Shown here: positions 36,884-49,097 of the stretch, piece after piece
Position numbering within the stretch: position 1 is the stretch's first letter
How the letters are laid out: the number at the start of each line of letters is the position of its first letter
NCBI GenBank assembly: GCA_964384785.1
Contig: CAYLLH010000049.1
Location: forward strand, 1-62,774
DNA length: 62,774 bases
DNA from: an uncultured Thermoplasmatales archaeon
GTDB taxonomy: Archaea; Thermoplasmatota; E2; DHVEG-1
Reading direction: 5' to 3'
Notes under the pieces: generated by a model
The model's input: the letters and a program-made list of their open reading frames with translations, nothing else
What the model was told of the DNA's origin: nothing
The model's database searches: none
Program-made: the position numbers and the translations under genes

Positions 36884-37435
36884 ATGATAATATCTATAAC
36901 TGGAACACCGGGAACGGGTAAAACCTCTGTTTCAAAAAAACTTGAAAAAAAAGGATACAAAATTGTTGACTTAAATACTCTTTGCAAGGAAAAAAAATTT
37001 TTTGAAGGATTTGATAAAAAAAGAGATTCACAGATAATAAACATTGAAAAATTAGATGATTATATTTCAAAAATTAAACCTGAAAACGAAATATGGATAC
37101 TTGACTCCCATATTTCTCATCTTTTAAAAAGTGTTGATAAAGTTTTTTTACTTAGATGTCATCCAAATAAATTGAAAAATCGTTTAAAAGATAAAAATTG
37201 GATGAAGGAAAAAGTTGAAGAAAACCTTGAAGCAGAAATAATTGATATAATACTGTGTGAAACTTTGGATAATCATGATAAAAAAAATGTTTTCGAGATT
37301 GATACCACAAAAAAAGACACATCAGAAGTTTCTGAGATTATCGTTGATAAAATAAAAAATAATTTTAAAACAGATTCGTTATATGAACCTGGTCATATTG
37401 ATTGGTCTGAAGAATTATTAAAAAGAAAAAAATAA
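36884..37435 (+). CDS. Fap7/AK6-type adenylate kinase-like NTPase
   Basis: P-loop IISITGTPGTGKTSVSKKL at the extreme N-terminus; about 180 aa; LRCHP motif. Confidence 0.75.
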   Translation: MIISITGTPGTGKTSVSKKLEKKGYKIVDLNTLCKEKKFFEGFDKKRDSQIINIEKLDDYISKIKPENEIWILDSHISHLLKSVDKVFLLRCHPNKLKNRLKDKNWMKEKVEENLEAEIIDIILCETLDNHDKKNVFEIDTTKKDTSEVSEIIVDKIKNNFKTDSLYEPGHIDWSEELLKRKK

Positions 37436-37457
37436 TGAATAGTTAAAGGTGGAATAA

Positions 37458-38093
37458 ATGGTTTTAGATAAACAACGAGATAAAATTGATCCTTTGCTTT
37501 CGAAACTATCTAAACCATTTCTTAGAGTTAATCCTGATGTTTTAACATGGAGTTCGGTTATTTGTGCCGCAGTAGCTGGTTTATTTTTCTTTTATTCTAG
37601 TCCTGAAGAAGAACTTCAGAATTTTTTTCTTTATGGTGCTGTTTTGTTTGTTTTTTTAAATGGTTTTCTTGATGCAGCTGATGGAAAAGTAGCAAAACTT
37701 ACAGGTCAAGCATCAAAACGTGGTGATTTTCTTGATCATGCACTTGATCGTTATGCGGATGTTTTTATGGTTGGGGGTCTTGCCCTTAGTTCATGGAATA
37801 GTCATCCAAGTGTTGGGCTTCTTGCTATTATTGGTATGTTGATGACAAGTTATATGGGTACTCAGTCACAGGCGGTTGGTGCAAAAAGAGATTATTCAGG
37901 TCTTCTTGGCAGAGCTGATCGTATTTTTTTACTTTTAGTTTTTCCTGTTATTCAGCATATACTTCTTCATTATAGTTTTCAACTTCCGCTTGAGATTACT
38001 TTGTTAGAATGGGTTTTGATTTATTTTGCTGTAGTTGGTAATATTACAGCTGCTCAAAGATTTATAAGTACTTTGATTTTTTTTAAAAAATAA
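37458..38093 (+). CDS. CDP-alcohol phosphatidyltransferase (archaeal polar-lipid headgroup synthase)
   Basis: Signature DAADGKVAKLTGQASKRGDFLDHALDRYAD (DGx2ARx8Gx3Dx3D-like); multi-TM. SD AGGTGG upstream. Confidence 0.85.
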   Translation: MVLDKQRDKIDPLLSKLSKPFLRVNPDVLTWSSVICAAVAGLFFFYSSPEEELQNFFLYGAVLFVFLNGFLDAADGKVAKLTGQASKRGDFLDHALDRYADVFMVGGLALSSWNSHPSVGLLAIIGMLMTSYMGTQSQAVGAKRDYSGLLGRADRIFLLLVFPVIQHILLHYSFQLPLEITLLEWVLIYFAVVGNITAAQRFISTLIFFKK

Positions 38094-38102
38094 TATTTTT
38101 TT

Positions 38103-38810
38103 TTAGTTGTTTGCTTTGTACCAGGATATTATGTCCTTGTAATCAAAGACGCTACCTGTAGTATATAGAATAGTTGTTTTTTGTGATACGAGTTGATCTA
38201 TTTCATCGGTTATTAGTAATCCTATTGCTGTTATTCCTTTGGCGAATCCATAATATTCGAATTCTATTCCTTTTTTTGTTGTAATTCCACGGTATTTTAG
38301 TTTATATCCTTCGTTTTCTAGTTGGTATTGATAATTTTGAATAATATTATCGGGTGTTGCTTCGGAGATGTATATTTTGTATTTTAAATCCTCGATATCT
38401 GGGATGTCAGTTATTTTTTTGTATTCCTCTATAAAATTGTCGATTTCTATACTTCCTATGGTTCCTACGGGTTCTTTTACTGGAAGGAATGCTTTTACGG
38501 GTAGATATCCTGTGTCAAATGCTATAAAACTGATCGAGCTTATCATTATACAGATTATTGTGAATATTGAAAAAATTCTTTTGTAGTTTTTTTGATTGAA
38601 ATTTTGTTTTTTGTATGTGTAATTTGATTTTGTCTCTGTTTTTATTTGTTTTTTTGGTGTTTCTGGTTTTTTGTGTATTTTTACTTGGGATGTTAGATTT
38701 TCTGGTTTGTTTTTTTCTTGTATGTATCCGTCTTTTTGTTTTTGATAGTTTTCGAAATAAACCTTTTCAGTTTTTTTGTGTTTAAGGTATATTATTTCTA
38801 TCTTGGACAT
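38103..38810 (-). CDS. type-II anchored hypothetical protein
   Basis: Lys-rich N-terminus, single TM (IFSIFTIICIMISSISFIAF), roughly 130-aa extracytoplasmic alpha/beta-looking domain. Confidence 0.5.
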   Translation of the reverse strand: MSKIEIIYLKHKKTEKVYFENYQKQKDGYIQEKNKPENLTSQVKIHKKPETPKKQIKTETKSNYTYKKQNFNQKNYKRIFSIFTIICIMISSISFIAFDTGYLPVKAFLPVKEPVGTIGSIEIDNFIEEYKKITDIPDIEDLKYKIYISEATPDNIIQNYQYQLENEGYKLKYRGITTKKGIEFEYYGFAKGITAIGLLITDEIDQLVSQKTTILYTTGSVFDYKDIISWYKANN

Positions 38811-38965
38811 TGTCTCCCTTATTATATGTTGTTGTGCAACATATTTAAATATTTAGGTTAAAATTAAAATTATAAAATAAAAACAAGGTTTTATACTAAA
38901 AATATTTGCAAAGTATTAAAAAACCCTTAAACAGATTGTAAAAATAAAAATCTAAATGGATAAAT

Positions 38966-40234
38966 ATGTCAAAAACAAAAAATTCAATTGTTATATCATT
39001 TACAAGAGACGTTTCTGAAATAATAGATTTAGCAGAAACCCTAAATTATACTGTTGTAAAAAATTTTATTCAGATTAGAAAAAAACCTGATGTAAAAAGT
39101 TATATTGGAAAAGGCAAGGTAAACGAAATCAAAGAATATCTTGAAGAAAAAAATGAAAAAATAGATCTAATCATAGTCGATGGTACACTTAAACCATCTC
39201 AATGGTTTTACTTAGAAAAAAAATTCAAAACTGAAGTTTATGACCGGGTCAGATTGATTTTAAAAATATTTGAAAAAAGAGCAGAAAGAAAAGAAGCATG
39301 TCTTCAAGTTAAGTTAGCTCAACTTGAATATGAAAGACCCTTTGTTCGAGAATTAATCCATAGAGCCAGAAGTGGTGAACATCCTGGCCTTATGGCTGGT
39401 GGAGAGTATCAAGTAGATGACTATTATGAAATGATTAAAAAACAAATGAAAAAAATTAAACAAGATCTACAATCTATCCGGCAGGAAAGGGAGCTTAGAC
39501 GTAGGCATAGGCATGTAGGAGGTTTTTATCTTGTATCTCTTGCCGGTTATACAAATGCTGGAAAAAGCAGTCTTTTAAATTATCTCTCTTCTGAAAATGT
39601 TAAAGTCGAAGGGAAATTATTTTCCACTCTTTCCACTACAACCCGTCGGCTTAAAAATGATGGAGTTCCTGTTTTGATTACAGATACAGTTGGTTTTATT
39701 CAGGATCTTCCCGCTTTAATTGTAGATGCTTTTCATTCTACTCTTGAAGAAATAGAGGTTGCTGATGTTATTTTATTAGTCGTTGATGTTAGTAAAAATA
39801 TTGAAACTGTAAAGAATAAACTTAAAGTTTCACTTGATGAATTAAAAGAAATCGGTGTTTCTTCTCCAGTTGTTGTTGTGTTTAATAAAATTGATTTACT
39901 GTCAAGTGATGAGATTGAAAGTAGGAAGAATTTTTTTAAAGATTCTGAAATTTTAAAAGATAAAAAAATGGTTTTTACTTCTGTTGAAGAAGAAACAAAT
40001 ATGGATGTTTTGTTGGATTTAGTTTTTGATTCTTTACCTGATTTGACTGAGTTAAGTATTTCTTTGCCTTTTAATGAGGGTGTTAATTCTTTTGTTTCTT
40101 GGGTTCATGATAAAGCTTTTGTTTTTGATTCATCTTATGGAGAAAATATTGTTCTTTGTTTAGAATGTGCTCCAGATATACGGGGTAAGATTGTTTCTCG
40201 TTGTTTGGAGTTGGGTGGAAAAGTTATTGGATAA
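38966..40234 (+). CDS. hflX: GTPase HflX
   Basis: HflX N-domain (IGKGKVNEIKEYLEE), coiled linker, G-domain LAGYTNAGKSSLLN, DTVGFI, NKID. Confidence 0.9.
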   Translation: MSKTKNSIVISFTRDVSEIIDLAETLNYTVVKNFIQIRKKPDVKSYIGKGKVNEIKEYLEEKNEKIDLIIVDGTLKPSQWFYLEKKFKTEVYDRVRLILKIFEKRAERKEACLQVKLAQLEYERPFVRELIHRARSGEHPGLMAGGEYQVDDYYEMIKKQMKKIKQDLQSIRQERELRRRHRHVGGFYLVSLAGYTNAGKSSLLNYLSSENVKVEGKLFSTLSTTTRRLKNDGVPVLITDTVGFIQDLPALIVDAFHSTLEEIEVADVILLVVDVSKNIETVKNKLKVSLDELKEIGVSSPVVVVFNKIDLLSSDEIESRKNFFKDSEILKDKKMVFTSVEEETNMDVLLDLVFDSLPDLTELSISLPFNEGVNSFVSWVHDKAFVFDSSYGENIVLCLECAPDIRGKIVSRCLELGGKVIG

Positions 40235-40345
40235 TTTTCTTGATCTTTTTTCTGTTTTGTTATTTTAACAAATAAATTTTATATATGATTCTTGACACAA
40301 AATATCACGTCATGTATTATCATGACTTGGCGTGGTATGGTAGAG

Positions 40346-41305
40346 ATGCAACGGAAATCAAGGGAAGCAATAGCAATAATAACAATACTGCTAATCTCGC
40401 AGTTACTATTTACAACAACAATACAATCAGAAAAAATAACTGTTAAAAAAAGCAATCCACAAGAAATAATAGTCGATATCAACGGAACTGGACATTACAC
40501 AACAATACAAGATGCATTAGATAACTCCGAAGAAAATCAAATAATCTATGTAAAAAAAGGAACTTATCCTGAAATACTTAACATTAGACAAACAGTAAAA
40601 ATAGTGGGTGAGGAAAATACCGTAATAAATCCCATCTCAGAAAAAAACAAATATGCAATCCGCCTGGGAGCCCCAAACATATATATCAAAAATTTAATAG
40701 TAACAAATGGGGCTCCTGGTCTTTACACAACAGCCCTACGAATCTCTTCTTCAAACAATACAATAAAAAACTCTGTATTTTCAGATTGTCCTATAGGGAT
40801 ATTAGTATGGACATCAAATAATAAAATAGAAAACTGTACTTTCAAAAATAGTCAAGATGAAGGAATCGCTTTGTTAGGCTCAAAATTTTCAAAATGCGAA
40901 AACAATACAATAAAAAACTGTGTTTTCTCAAATAATTGTGATGGTATAGAACTACAATATTCTAGTTACAACAAAATTATAAAATGTGAATTTTTTGAAA
41001 ATACCCACAGTGGAATAGATGCAATTGCTGAATCAAATAATAACAATCTAATAACAGAATGTAAAATTTATAATAACACAGTACATGGAATTTATTTATC
41101 CTCCTCATCTAATAACACTATTGAAAAATCTCAAATTTATGAAAACAAAGATGGAAACATATACTTATATGGAGCTTCAATAGATAATAATATAAAAAAT
41201 GATAACATTTTTACTAAATCAGAAAATATAAACAATTTTTTGTTATCAATAATTAACAGTTTTTCTTCAATATTTCTCACTCTGATTTTTAAGAAAAATT
41301 ATTAA
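40346..41305 (+). CDS. secreted right-handed parallel beta-helix repeat protein (NosD/PbH1-like) with C-terminal hydrophobic tail
   Basis: Signal peptide from ATG 40346 (MQRKSREAIAIITILLISQLLF). Repeated N-x-I-x-N-C/S-x-F/I coils. C-terminal FLLSIINSFSSIFLTLIFKKNY. Confidence 0.6.
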   Translation: MQRKSREAIAIITILLISQLLFTTTIQSEKITVKKSNPQEIIVDINGTGHYTTIQDALDNSEENQIIYVKKGTYPEILNIRQTVKIVGEENTVINPISEKNKYAIRLGAPNIYIKNLIVTNGAPGLYTTALRISSSNNTIKNSVFSDCPIGILVWTSNNKIENCTFKNSQDEGIALLGSKFSKCENNTIKNCVFSNNCDGIELQYSSYNKIIKCEFFENTHSGIDAIAESNNNNLITECKIYNNTVHGIYLSSSSNNTIEKSQIYENKDGNIYLYGASIDNNIKNDNIFTKSENINNFLLSIINSFSSIFLTLIFKKNY

Positions 41306-41352
41306 GAACCTTATAACATATAAGTTAACTAGCCTCGGAGAGATAGAATTCT

Positions 41353-42465
41353 ATGACTAACAATGAAAATATAAACATTAAAATCGAAGTTTACAGAGAC
41401 AAAAATACTGGTGATCTAAAAATTTTAGCTCATTTTGATAAAAATTCTCAAAATATATTCAAAGACAGCCAAGGTTATGTATGGTTACCAACTATTGAAG
41501 AAAAAGAACTTTTGGATGAAACATTTGATTTAATGAATGATACTCAACCGTCTTCATCACAATCGGAACCCGTTTTTAATCCAGTCGATAAAAACGAGGC
41601 GGCAGAACCTTCACAGGAAAAAGAGTTTAGACCAAAACCAGCAGTTGAAACACAGAATAATGCCCCTGAAACCGAATTTTCTGAAGAAAAAAATGAAGAA
41701 GATATTGAAGAATTTGTACCTCAAACTGAAGAACCTGCTCCTTCATTTCAACGTGAAGAGGAAGCAAAAGAGCCTTCTAGGCCTTTAGAAAATCAATTAG
41801 AATTTACTCCAACTCCTGAAGTTGAAGAACCTGATGAAGAATACAATCCACCTTCTGAAACTACTGAATCAAAAGTAAAAGTTACACCAGGTTCTTCTGA
41901 AACAGAGGAACTGGAAGAAAAAGCAAAGTCTTCTCCATTTTCTGAAAAACCTGAAGAAAAAAAAGAAGTTACAGAACCGGAAACAAAACCTGAAAAAAAA
42001 GAAACAGTTTTTGAAGTAACATCAGCTAGTAAAAAACCAAAACCAGATATTGAAAAACAAGAATCTAAATCTGTTTTTGACAAAAAACCTGAAGAAAAAA
42101 AAGAAGTTACAGAACCGGAAACAAAACCTTCTCAAGAACCAAAATTCAGTTTTGAAAAAAAAGAAGAAAAAGATTCAATTTCTGAAAGAAAACAAGAGAA
42201 GAAACCACCTGTGCCAGAATCAAAATTCAGTGTAGAGGAACAGGAACCGGAAACAAAATCTGAAGAAAAAAAAGAAGAAAAAAAGAATCCTGAAGAAGAA
42301 GGTATGATAGTAAAAGCTGATGCAGATGCCATTGAAAAAGCTCTTCGTAAACATACTTCTGATAAGGATAAATCAATGGTTGAAGCTGATGAAGAAACCA
42401 TTGTTAATAAGGTTTTAAGTCAAAAAAAATGGAGTAAAAAAAGAGATAAAGAAAAAGAAGAATAA
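41353..42465 (+). CDS. acidic Pro/Glu/Lys-rich low-complexity protein
   Basis: 370-aa ORF. Small structured N-terminus (first ~60 aa), then PEEKKEVTEPETKP-type repeats. Confidence 0.5.
   Translation: MTNNENINIKIEVYRDKNTGDLKILAHFDKNSQNIFKDSQGYVWLPTIEEKELLDETFDLMNDTQPSSSQSEPVFNPVDKNEAAEPSQEKEFRPKPAVETQNNAPETEFSEEKNEEDIEEFVPQTEEPAPSFQREEEAKEPSRPLENQLEFTPTPEVEEPDEEYNPPSETTESKVKVTPGSSETEELEEKAKSSPFSEKPEEKKEVTEPETKPEKKETVFEVTSASKKPKPDIEKQESKSVFDKKPEEKKEVTEPETKPSQEPKFSFEKKEEKDSISERKQEKKPPVPESKFSVEEQEPETKSEEKKEEKKNPEEEGMIVKADADAIEKALRKHTSDKDKSMVEADEETIVNKVLSQKKWSKKRDKEKEE
41945..42129 (+). repeat. perfect 47-nt direct repeat (41945..41991 and 42083..42129), in frame within 41353..42465
   Basis: AAAAACCTGAAGAAAAAAAAGAAGTTACAGAACCGGAAACAAAACCT occurs twice, 138 nt (46 codons) apart. 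A permuted partial third copy lies near 42243..42275. Confidence 0.85.
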
Positions 42466-42472
42466 TTTTTTT

Positions 42473-43660
42473 TTAGATTATTACTAATTTTTTACCTAAT
42501 TTTTCGAATTTATTTAAAGCAAAATCTAGATCTTCTTTTGTAAGACCCGCGTTCATCATTGTTCTAATTCGTGCTTTATTTCTAGGAACCATTGGGAAAA
42601 CTATTGGTAATGCAAAAATACCTTCTTCAATTAGTTTATCACTAAGTTCTTTTGCTTTTGATGATTCTCCGACTATTACAGGTGTAATTGGTGTTTCACT
42701 TTCTCCTGTATCAAAACCCATGCTTTCTAACTCTTTTTTGAAATATTTTGTGTTATCCCATAAATTTTTAACATGCTCTGGTTCATTCTCAAGTACATCT
42801 ATCGCGGCTAGTTGGGCGCCAGCAACAGCAGGTGGATGTGAACCCGATAAAAGCCAGGTTCTTGATTTGTTATAAGCATAATTTACCAGATCTTGACTTC
42901 CGGCTACTAGTCCACCGACTACGCCGAATGCTTTACTGAATGTACCCATTTCAATATCGATTTTTCCTTCAAGCCCAAAATGAGCTCCTATACCACGGCC
43001 ATCGGGTCCTATTACTCCTTCTCCATGAGCATCATCAACATAGGTCATAGCACCATATTCTTTTGCCAATTTTACGATTTTATCCATTGGTGCAATATCC
43101 CCATCCATTGAGAAAACACCATCTGTTATGATAAGAATTCTTCGATATTCTTTTTTATCTGCATCTTTTAAAACTTTTTCAAGTTCACCCATATCACAAT
43201 GTTTGTATACTGCTCTATCTGCTTTTGTAAGCCTTACACCATCTATTATACTTCCATGGTTTAATTCATCACTTATTATTAAATCTCCTTTCCCTACTAA
43301 CTGAGGAATTAGACCTGCGTTGGCTGCAAAACCTGTTTGATACACAAGTGATGATTCTGTTCCTTTAAATTTTGCAAGTTTTTTTTCTACATCCATATGT
43401 ATCTTCATTGTTCCCGCGATAGCTCTTACTGAACCACTACCTGCTCCCAGTTTTTTTGCTGCATCTATTGCTCCTTGTATAAGTTTTGGATGATTGCTTA
43501 GATTCAAATAATTGTTTGAACAAAGCATTATAACTTCTTTACCATCAACTATTGCATGTGGTGTAGATGCTGATTCTAGAATTCTTAATTGCCAGTTCAA
43601 ATCTTTTTTTACAAGTTCTTCATATTCTTCTCTTAAAAAAGCTGTTGGATCTCGTTTCAT
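42473..43660 (-). CDS. alpha-oxoamine synthase family PLP enzyme (2-amino-3-ketobutyrate CoA ligase / 8-amino-7-oxononanoate synthase)
   Basis: NNYLNLSNHP, DELNHGSIIDG, DDAHG, PLP-lysine GTFSKAFG. Confidence 0.88.
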   Translation of the reverse strand: MKRDPTAFLREEYEELVKKDLNWQLRILESASTPHAIVDGKEVIMLCSNNYLNLSNHPKLIQGAIDAAKKLGAGSGSVRAIAGTMKIHMDVEKKLAKFKGTESSLVYQTGFAANAGLIPQLVGKGDLIISDELNHGSIIDGVRLTKADRAVYKHCDMGELEKVLKDADKKEYRRILIITDGVFSMDGDIAPMDKIVKLAKEYGAMTYVDDAHGEGVIGPDGRGIGAHFGLEGKIDIEMGTFSKAFGVVGGLVAGSQDLVNYAYNKSRTWLLSGSHPPAVAGAQLAAIDVLENEPEHVKNLWDNTKYFKKELESMGFDTGESETPITPVIVGESSKAKELSDKLIEEGIFALPIVFPMVPRNKARIRTMMNAGLTKEDLDFALNKFEKLGKKLVII

Positions 43661-43734
43661 AAATATTTTAACCCCCGTTTAGTTTTTAATACACGGTTTT
43701 TTTTAGATGTGCTTCAGGGAAATAGATAAGTCTA

Positions 43735-44883
43735 TTAAAAATTATTGGTCTGAACTTTTACTACACGGCTAATCCTGTAACCAATTATGACCATAAAAAA
43801 CTCTTTTTCTCTAAATTTTTTATCAAGTTTTTTATCACCTGTATCAACACGTAGAACTGGTGTTGATGAAAGTTTTGAAGGAGTTGAAACAACAATTATG
43901 TCATCTAAATCTATTTTTTTTATAACCTTAGGGCTTAGTTGAAGGTTTCCTCGGCCTAGTATAAAACCTTGCGCGCCTATGGGGCTTAGGATTACTTTAA
44001 TTTTTGAATATTTTTTTAAAAGTTTAAGAATTTTTTCTTCGTTTAAATCTTCTCCAATGTTTTCTTTTTGATAAACTGCATCTATTCCAAGTATTGTATT
44101 TTTAACCTGTATTTTTTTAGCGATAAAATTTACTGTTCCACCAGAACCCATTAGATACAAATAATCATTGTTTTGCTCCATTTCTTCTTTTATATGTTCT
44201 GCGATTTCATCTTTGATGTAGTCGTCAGAAATTGATTGAAATGATGCTTTACCAACTTGTACATATGTGGGTTCAACTATGCCCTTGGCGTTTCCAAATA
44301 GTTTAACTTTCCATTCACCCTTTCGATACAGGTCTTCATCTAAATCCATGATTTCAGCATCACCAATTGTTAAAGTTTCATTTACAAAATCATGAAGCAT
44401 TTTAGCAGATGCTTCAGTGTTTATCCCAAAAACCCCTGAATGCATTTTAACTCCAGAGGGTATTCCAAGTATAGGGGTTTTTGTTTCAACAGTATTGTAG
44501 ATATCTCTAGCTGTTCCGTCTCCACCGCAGAATAATATTAAGTCAACATTTTTTTCTAAAAATTTTTTACAAGCTTTTTTTGTATCCTCTGGTGAAGTTT
44601 TTTTATCATTAGAACTGTAAATTATTTTAAAATTTTTTATTCCTGCTTCTTTTAATTCTTTTTCTCCCATCTTGTTTTTACAGGTATACCATTCTATGTT
44701 GTCTTTGGAGTTGTATTTTGATACAAAAATTTTCAACATATCCATTGATTTTTTATCCGCCACAGGTTTTGCTCCTTTTTTTATAGCCTCGTCTACTACT
44801 CCGTCTGTTCCTTTTAGTCCAACACGTCCTCCCATTCCAGCGATAGGATTTACGATAAAACCGATTTTGTGTTTTTTGCCCAT
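43735..44883 (-). CDS. ATP-NAD kinase family protein (archaeal COG3199-like)
   Basis: NPIAGMGGRVGLKGTDG N-terminus and the FCGGDGTARD diacylglycerol/NAD-kinase motif. Confidence 0.7.
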   Translation of the reverse strand: MGKKHKIGFIVNPIAGMGGRVGLKGTDGVVDEAIKKGAKPVADKKSMDMLKIFVSKYNSKDNIEWYTCKNKMGEKELKEAGIKNFKIIYSSNDKKTSPEDTKKACKKFLEKNVDLILFCGGDGTARDIYNTVETKTPILGIPSGVKMHSGVFGINTEASAKMLHDFVNETLTIGDAEIMDLDEDLYRKGEWKVKLFGNAKGIVEPTYVQVGKASFQSISDDYIKDEIAEHIKEEMEQNNDYLYLMGSGGTVNFIAKKIQVKNTILGIDAVYQKENIGEDLNEEKILKLLKKYSKIKVILSPIGAQGFILGRGNLQLSPKVIKKIDLDDIIVVSTPSKLSSTPVLRVDTGDKKLDKKFREKEFFMVIIGYRISRVVKVQTNNF

Positions 44884-44965
44884 GATGTTTTACTTCCTTT
44901 GTTTGAATAAAAAATTTAGTATATAAAAACTGTACTATTGATAGTTTTTTAAAAAAAGTATAGTT

Positions 44966-44994
44966 GCTGACAAAAAACATTTTTTTTTGTCAGC
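44966..44994 (-). terminator. 12-bp stem hairpin GCTGACAAAAAA/TTTTTTGTCAGC downstream of 45020..45205
   Basis: Perfect stem with a 5-nt loop, followed on the minus strand by a T-run. Sits 25 nt after the stop of the 61-aa gene. Confidence 0.4.
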
Positions 44995-45019
44995 TATTAA
45001 AAAAATAATAAAAATTTTT

Positions 45020-45205
45020 TTATTTTTTCTTTAGATATGGAAGACCAGTTCTTTTGTTTACACCAACAGTCATATTTTCAGGTTTATCGCATGGTGTTCC
45101 ACTTTTTGGAGTTTTTTTACTGAAGAAATATATTGTTTGTTTTCTTCCACCTTTAAGTTCAACTTCCCTACTATATAATGTCCATCCATCATGTGTATAT
45201 GCCAT
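45020..45205 (-). CDS. small conserved-looking basic protein of unknown function (61 aa)
   Basis: Own TATA-like box and GAGGT SD upstream. Sequence DGWTLYSREVELKGGRKQTIYFFSKKTPKSG..NKRTGLPYLKKK is not low complexity. Confidence 0.5.
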   Translation of the reverse strand: MAYTHDGWTLYSREVELKGGRKQTIYFFSKKTPKSGTPCDKPENMTVGVNKRTGLPYLKKK

Positions 45206-45283
45206 TTTTCCTATCTACCTCGGACTCTTAGAATGCTTTATAAAGCATTTAAGTTTTTCCTTAATTTTCTCCTTAAGGTTTTT

Positions 45284-47206
<1,923 letters not shown>

Positions 47207-47217
<11 letters not shown>

Positions 47218-48166
47218 TTCCTTTTTCTATAACATTAAACACAGCTTCCCCTTCAGGGAGATGAGGTGAATCGATAAGTCTTGCAATTCTTTTTGGTCCT
47301 TTGCTTTTACGTAAATATATTCTAAATGTTGCAGTGTGTCCTACAATATGACCACCTATAGGACGAGTTGGATCTCCAAAAAAAGTATCTGGTTTAGCTG
47401 ATACTTGGTTTGTAACACAAACTACGCCATTATGAAGATCACTCCATCTAAGAAGCTCATGCATATGTTGATTGAGTTTCTGCTGACGATTTGCTAAGGC
47501 TCCACGACCCACATATTCAGCTCTGAAATGAGCTGTAAGCGAGTCAACAACTAAAAGACCTGGTTTAAGTTTCTTAGACATCTCATTTACTTTTTCCATC
47601 AGAAGCATCTGATGATTAGAGTTATATGCTCTTGCTACATGGATGTTATCTAAGATTTTTTTAGAATCAAGTCCATATGCTTCAGACATTTGAACTATTC
47701 TTTCAGGTCTAAATGTATTTTCTGTGTCAATAAAAATTGCTGGGCTTTTAAGGCCTCCTTTATCTTTTGGAAGTTGACAGGTTACACAAAGCTGATGAGC
47801 TATTTGTGTTTTAGCTGAACCAAATTCTCCAAAAAGTTCAACTATTGATTGTGTTTCAAAACCTCCGCCGAGTAGTTCATTTAGTGTTTTTGAACCACTT
47901 GTCAAATGTCCGATTTTTTTTCTTTTTTCGAATAAGGCACTACCTTTTTCAAAACCACCAATTTTTGCTTTACTTCTAGCTCCTCTTATGATTTTAGCAG
48001 CTGTAGCTTCGCCGATATCGCAGGCATCTGATAGTTCTGCAGGTGATGCAACTGCGATTTGCATAACATCTTGATAGCCTGCTTCTTTTATTTTATCTGC
48101 TGTAGTTGGTCCAACACCTGGTAATTCATCTATTTCTTTGTTTTCATCTTCAACATTTTTAGCCAT
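47207..48166 (-). CDS. radA: DNA repair and recombination protein RadA
   Basis: N-terminal HhH ([16 protein letters not shown]), Walker [10 protein letters not shown], Walker [13 protein letters not shown]; 319 aa. Confidence 0.95.
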
Positions 48167-48254
48167 AAAAATAATCCCTAAATTTTGATATTTACTTGTT
48201 ATTTATAAAGCTGTGGTAGAGTTAATTAAAAGTATTATTTTTTGTTAAAAAAGT

Positions 48255-49010
48255 TTAGGTTTTTTTTATTATGCTTTTTCCGTTTAGATGTATCTCTGTG
48301 TTTCCATTTTTTGCTCTTGTATCATATTTTTCTATCTCTAAAACATCACCTATGTTGTATTGCTGTATTTCTTTTACTTTTTGATCCCATACTGATATCT
48401 GATATTTTTGTTTTTTGTTTTTAAGTGTTATTTCTGAGATGAATCCAAAATCTCCGTTGTTACGGATAAAAGAGCGGGTGGATTTTATATCTGTGATTAT
48501 TCCTTTTATCTTTGTGTTTTTCTCTTCTGTTTTTTCTTTTCCGTTTTCTGTTTTTTCTATAAGACCCCAACGGCCTAAATTGATTTCTATTCCATGATAT
48601 CCGTTTTTAACGTAACCATTTATGACTCTTATTGTATCATTGTTTTTAATTTGTTTTTCTTTTAGAGTTTGTATTTTTCTATCCCATATTGCTAGGTTAC
48701 AGGATCCTGTTTGGTCTTCTAATGTTAGATTAATGACTCGTCCTATTCTTCCGTTTTTTCTTTTGAATTCTCTGATTGCTCCTATATTTTTGACTTCAGC
48801 TTCTATAGTGCATTCATCACCTGGGTTTATATCATTTATTTTTTTGATGCTTTTTTTGTTTCGACCCAGTTCATCTATTATCATAAGAGCTGTGGTTTTT
48901 TTATCAAATAAAAAATTGTATTCTTTTTGTCTTTGTTTAATTGTTTTTTGAAATTCTTCTTTTGTTTGTAAATCTTTTATAGTCTGGTAAAATTCATTGA
49001 TTTCTTTCAT
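48255..49010 (-). CDS. RPA-like single-stranded DNA-binding protein with two OB folds
   Basis: Two repeats of the pattern V/I-x-G-x-V..R-x-F..NG..G-x-V..L-x-L-x-D-x-TG..L-x-I/V-WD (e.g. GRVINLTLEDQTGSCNLAIWD and GFISEITLKNKKQKYQISVWD). Confidence 0.6.
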   Translation of the reverse strand: MKEINEFYQTIKDLQTKEEFQKTIKQRQKEYNFLFDKKTTALMIIDELGRNKKSIKKINDINPGDECTIEAEVKNIGAIREFKRKNGRIGRVINLTLEDQTGSCNLAIWDRKIQTLKEKQIKNNDTIRVINGYVKNGYHGIEINLGRWGLIEKTENGKEKTEEKNTKIKGIITDIKSTRSFIRNNGDFGFISEITLKNKKQKYQISVWDQKVKEIQQYNIGDVLEIEKYDTRAKNGNTEIHLNGKSIIKKT

Positions 49011-49097
49011 GCATCCACTACAAGATCTTGTTATAGTTTTTTATGTTTTAAAGTCTTTGAAAAAAATATAAAAAAAGAAAAAAATTTTAGATTTTTT

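Noticed and set aside
45232-45249. Perfect 18-bp palindrome AATGCTTTATAAAGCATT, plus CCTTAAGG nearby, between tgt and the 61-aa gene
   Set aside because: It is centred on TTTATAAA at the expected TATA-box distance (about 30-45 nt) upstream of the 61-aa gene start and just after the tgt stop. It is most simply a symmetric TATA box and/or transcript-end hairpin, so it is not treated as a separate system.
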